This document shows positions 63,694-64,000 of a stretch of DNA of 64,000 nucleotides, one piece after another (within the stretch, counting starts at the first letter, position 1; each line of letters opens with the position of its first letter). The stretch comes from Candidatus Poribacteria bacterium (lineage in GTDB: Bacteria; Poribacteria; WGA-4E; WGA-3G). The translations under genes and the position numbers were made by a program. The stretch lies in assembly GCA_965205015.1 (NCBI GenBank), contig OZ242029.1, positions 3,008,001 to 3,072,000 of the forward strand. Direction: 5' to 3'. A model generated the notes under the pieces. It saw only the letters and a list, made by a program, of their open reading frames with translations. It had not been told where the DNA came from and ran no database searches.

Positions 63694-64000
63694 TTATGTT
63701 GAACGATACGACGCGATTGCCTCACGGAAGGCTTTAATGTGTGTCGGTGTCGTCCCACAACACCCACCTATTAAGTAAGCCCCTGCCTCTATGAGTGTCG
63801 GAACATGGCTTGCCATCTCTGTTGGGGTCTGCGTATAGACGGTTTCGTGGTTTTCATCGAGTTTCGGCATGCCAGCGTTGGGATATGCCATCGTCCGTTT
63901 ACCCTCAATGCCTGCTTCGATGAGTGCCGAGTGCAACTGCTGAGTCCCAGCAATCGCATAAGGCATCCCGGTATGTTCATCACGTCTGGATTCGGCACCG
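63694..64000 (-). CDS. Homocysteine S-methyltransferase family protein, C-terminal part; 5' end outside window
   Basis: AYPNAGMP and IGGCCGTTP.HI Zn-binding motif. Confidence 0.88.
   Translation of the reverse strand, partial: GAESRRDEHTGMPYAIAGTQQLHSALIEAGIEGKRTMAYPNAGMPKLDENHETVYTQTPTEMASHVPTLIEAGAYLIGGCCGTTPTHIKAFREAIASYRST

Overview
Bacterial chromosomal segment of about 48 CDS with no rRNA, tRNA, CRISPR array or transposase seen. The gene content suggests Candidatus Poribacteria or a similar lineage (inference from recalled family patterns, no search run): internalin-like LRR proteins with an NYPNPFNPETWIPYQL...RKMLIRK tail, a LamG protein with a GKFTTTW tail, and PhyH, Uma2, AAA+PD-(D/E)XK and FGE-sulfatase proteins. 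Housekeeping genes trpA, clpB and purN are mixed with accessory genes. The main non-annotated signal is a family of about 10 copies of a ~90-120 nt element ('element L'). It has a 5' hairpin with compensatory changes and a 3' CC-GCAA-GG-(T/A)AAAATTAAAAA end that sits at or close to a start codon, or overlaps a stop codon when antisense. At clpB it is the whole predicted 5' UTR behind a sigma54 promoter. Other points of interest: several palindromic or tandem repeat families inserted in frame into proteins; an adjacent dockerin-LRR / cohesin-LRR-diheme cytochrome pair; a lidless Hsp70 + RPD-type J-like membrane protein + FGE-domain operon; a scrambled PemK/MazF toxin-antitoxin locus; several promoters placed for leaderless transcripts; and a structured leader/uORF ahead of a CADD-like gene. 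All coordinates were read by eye and all domain names come from motif recognition.
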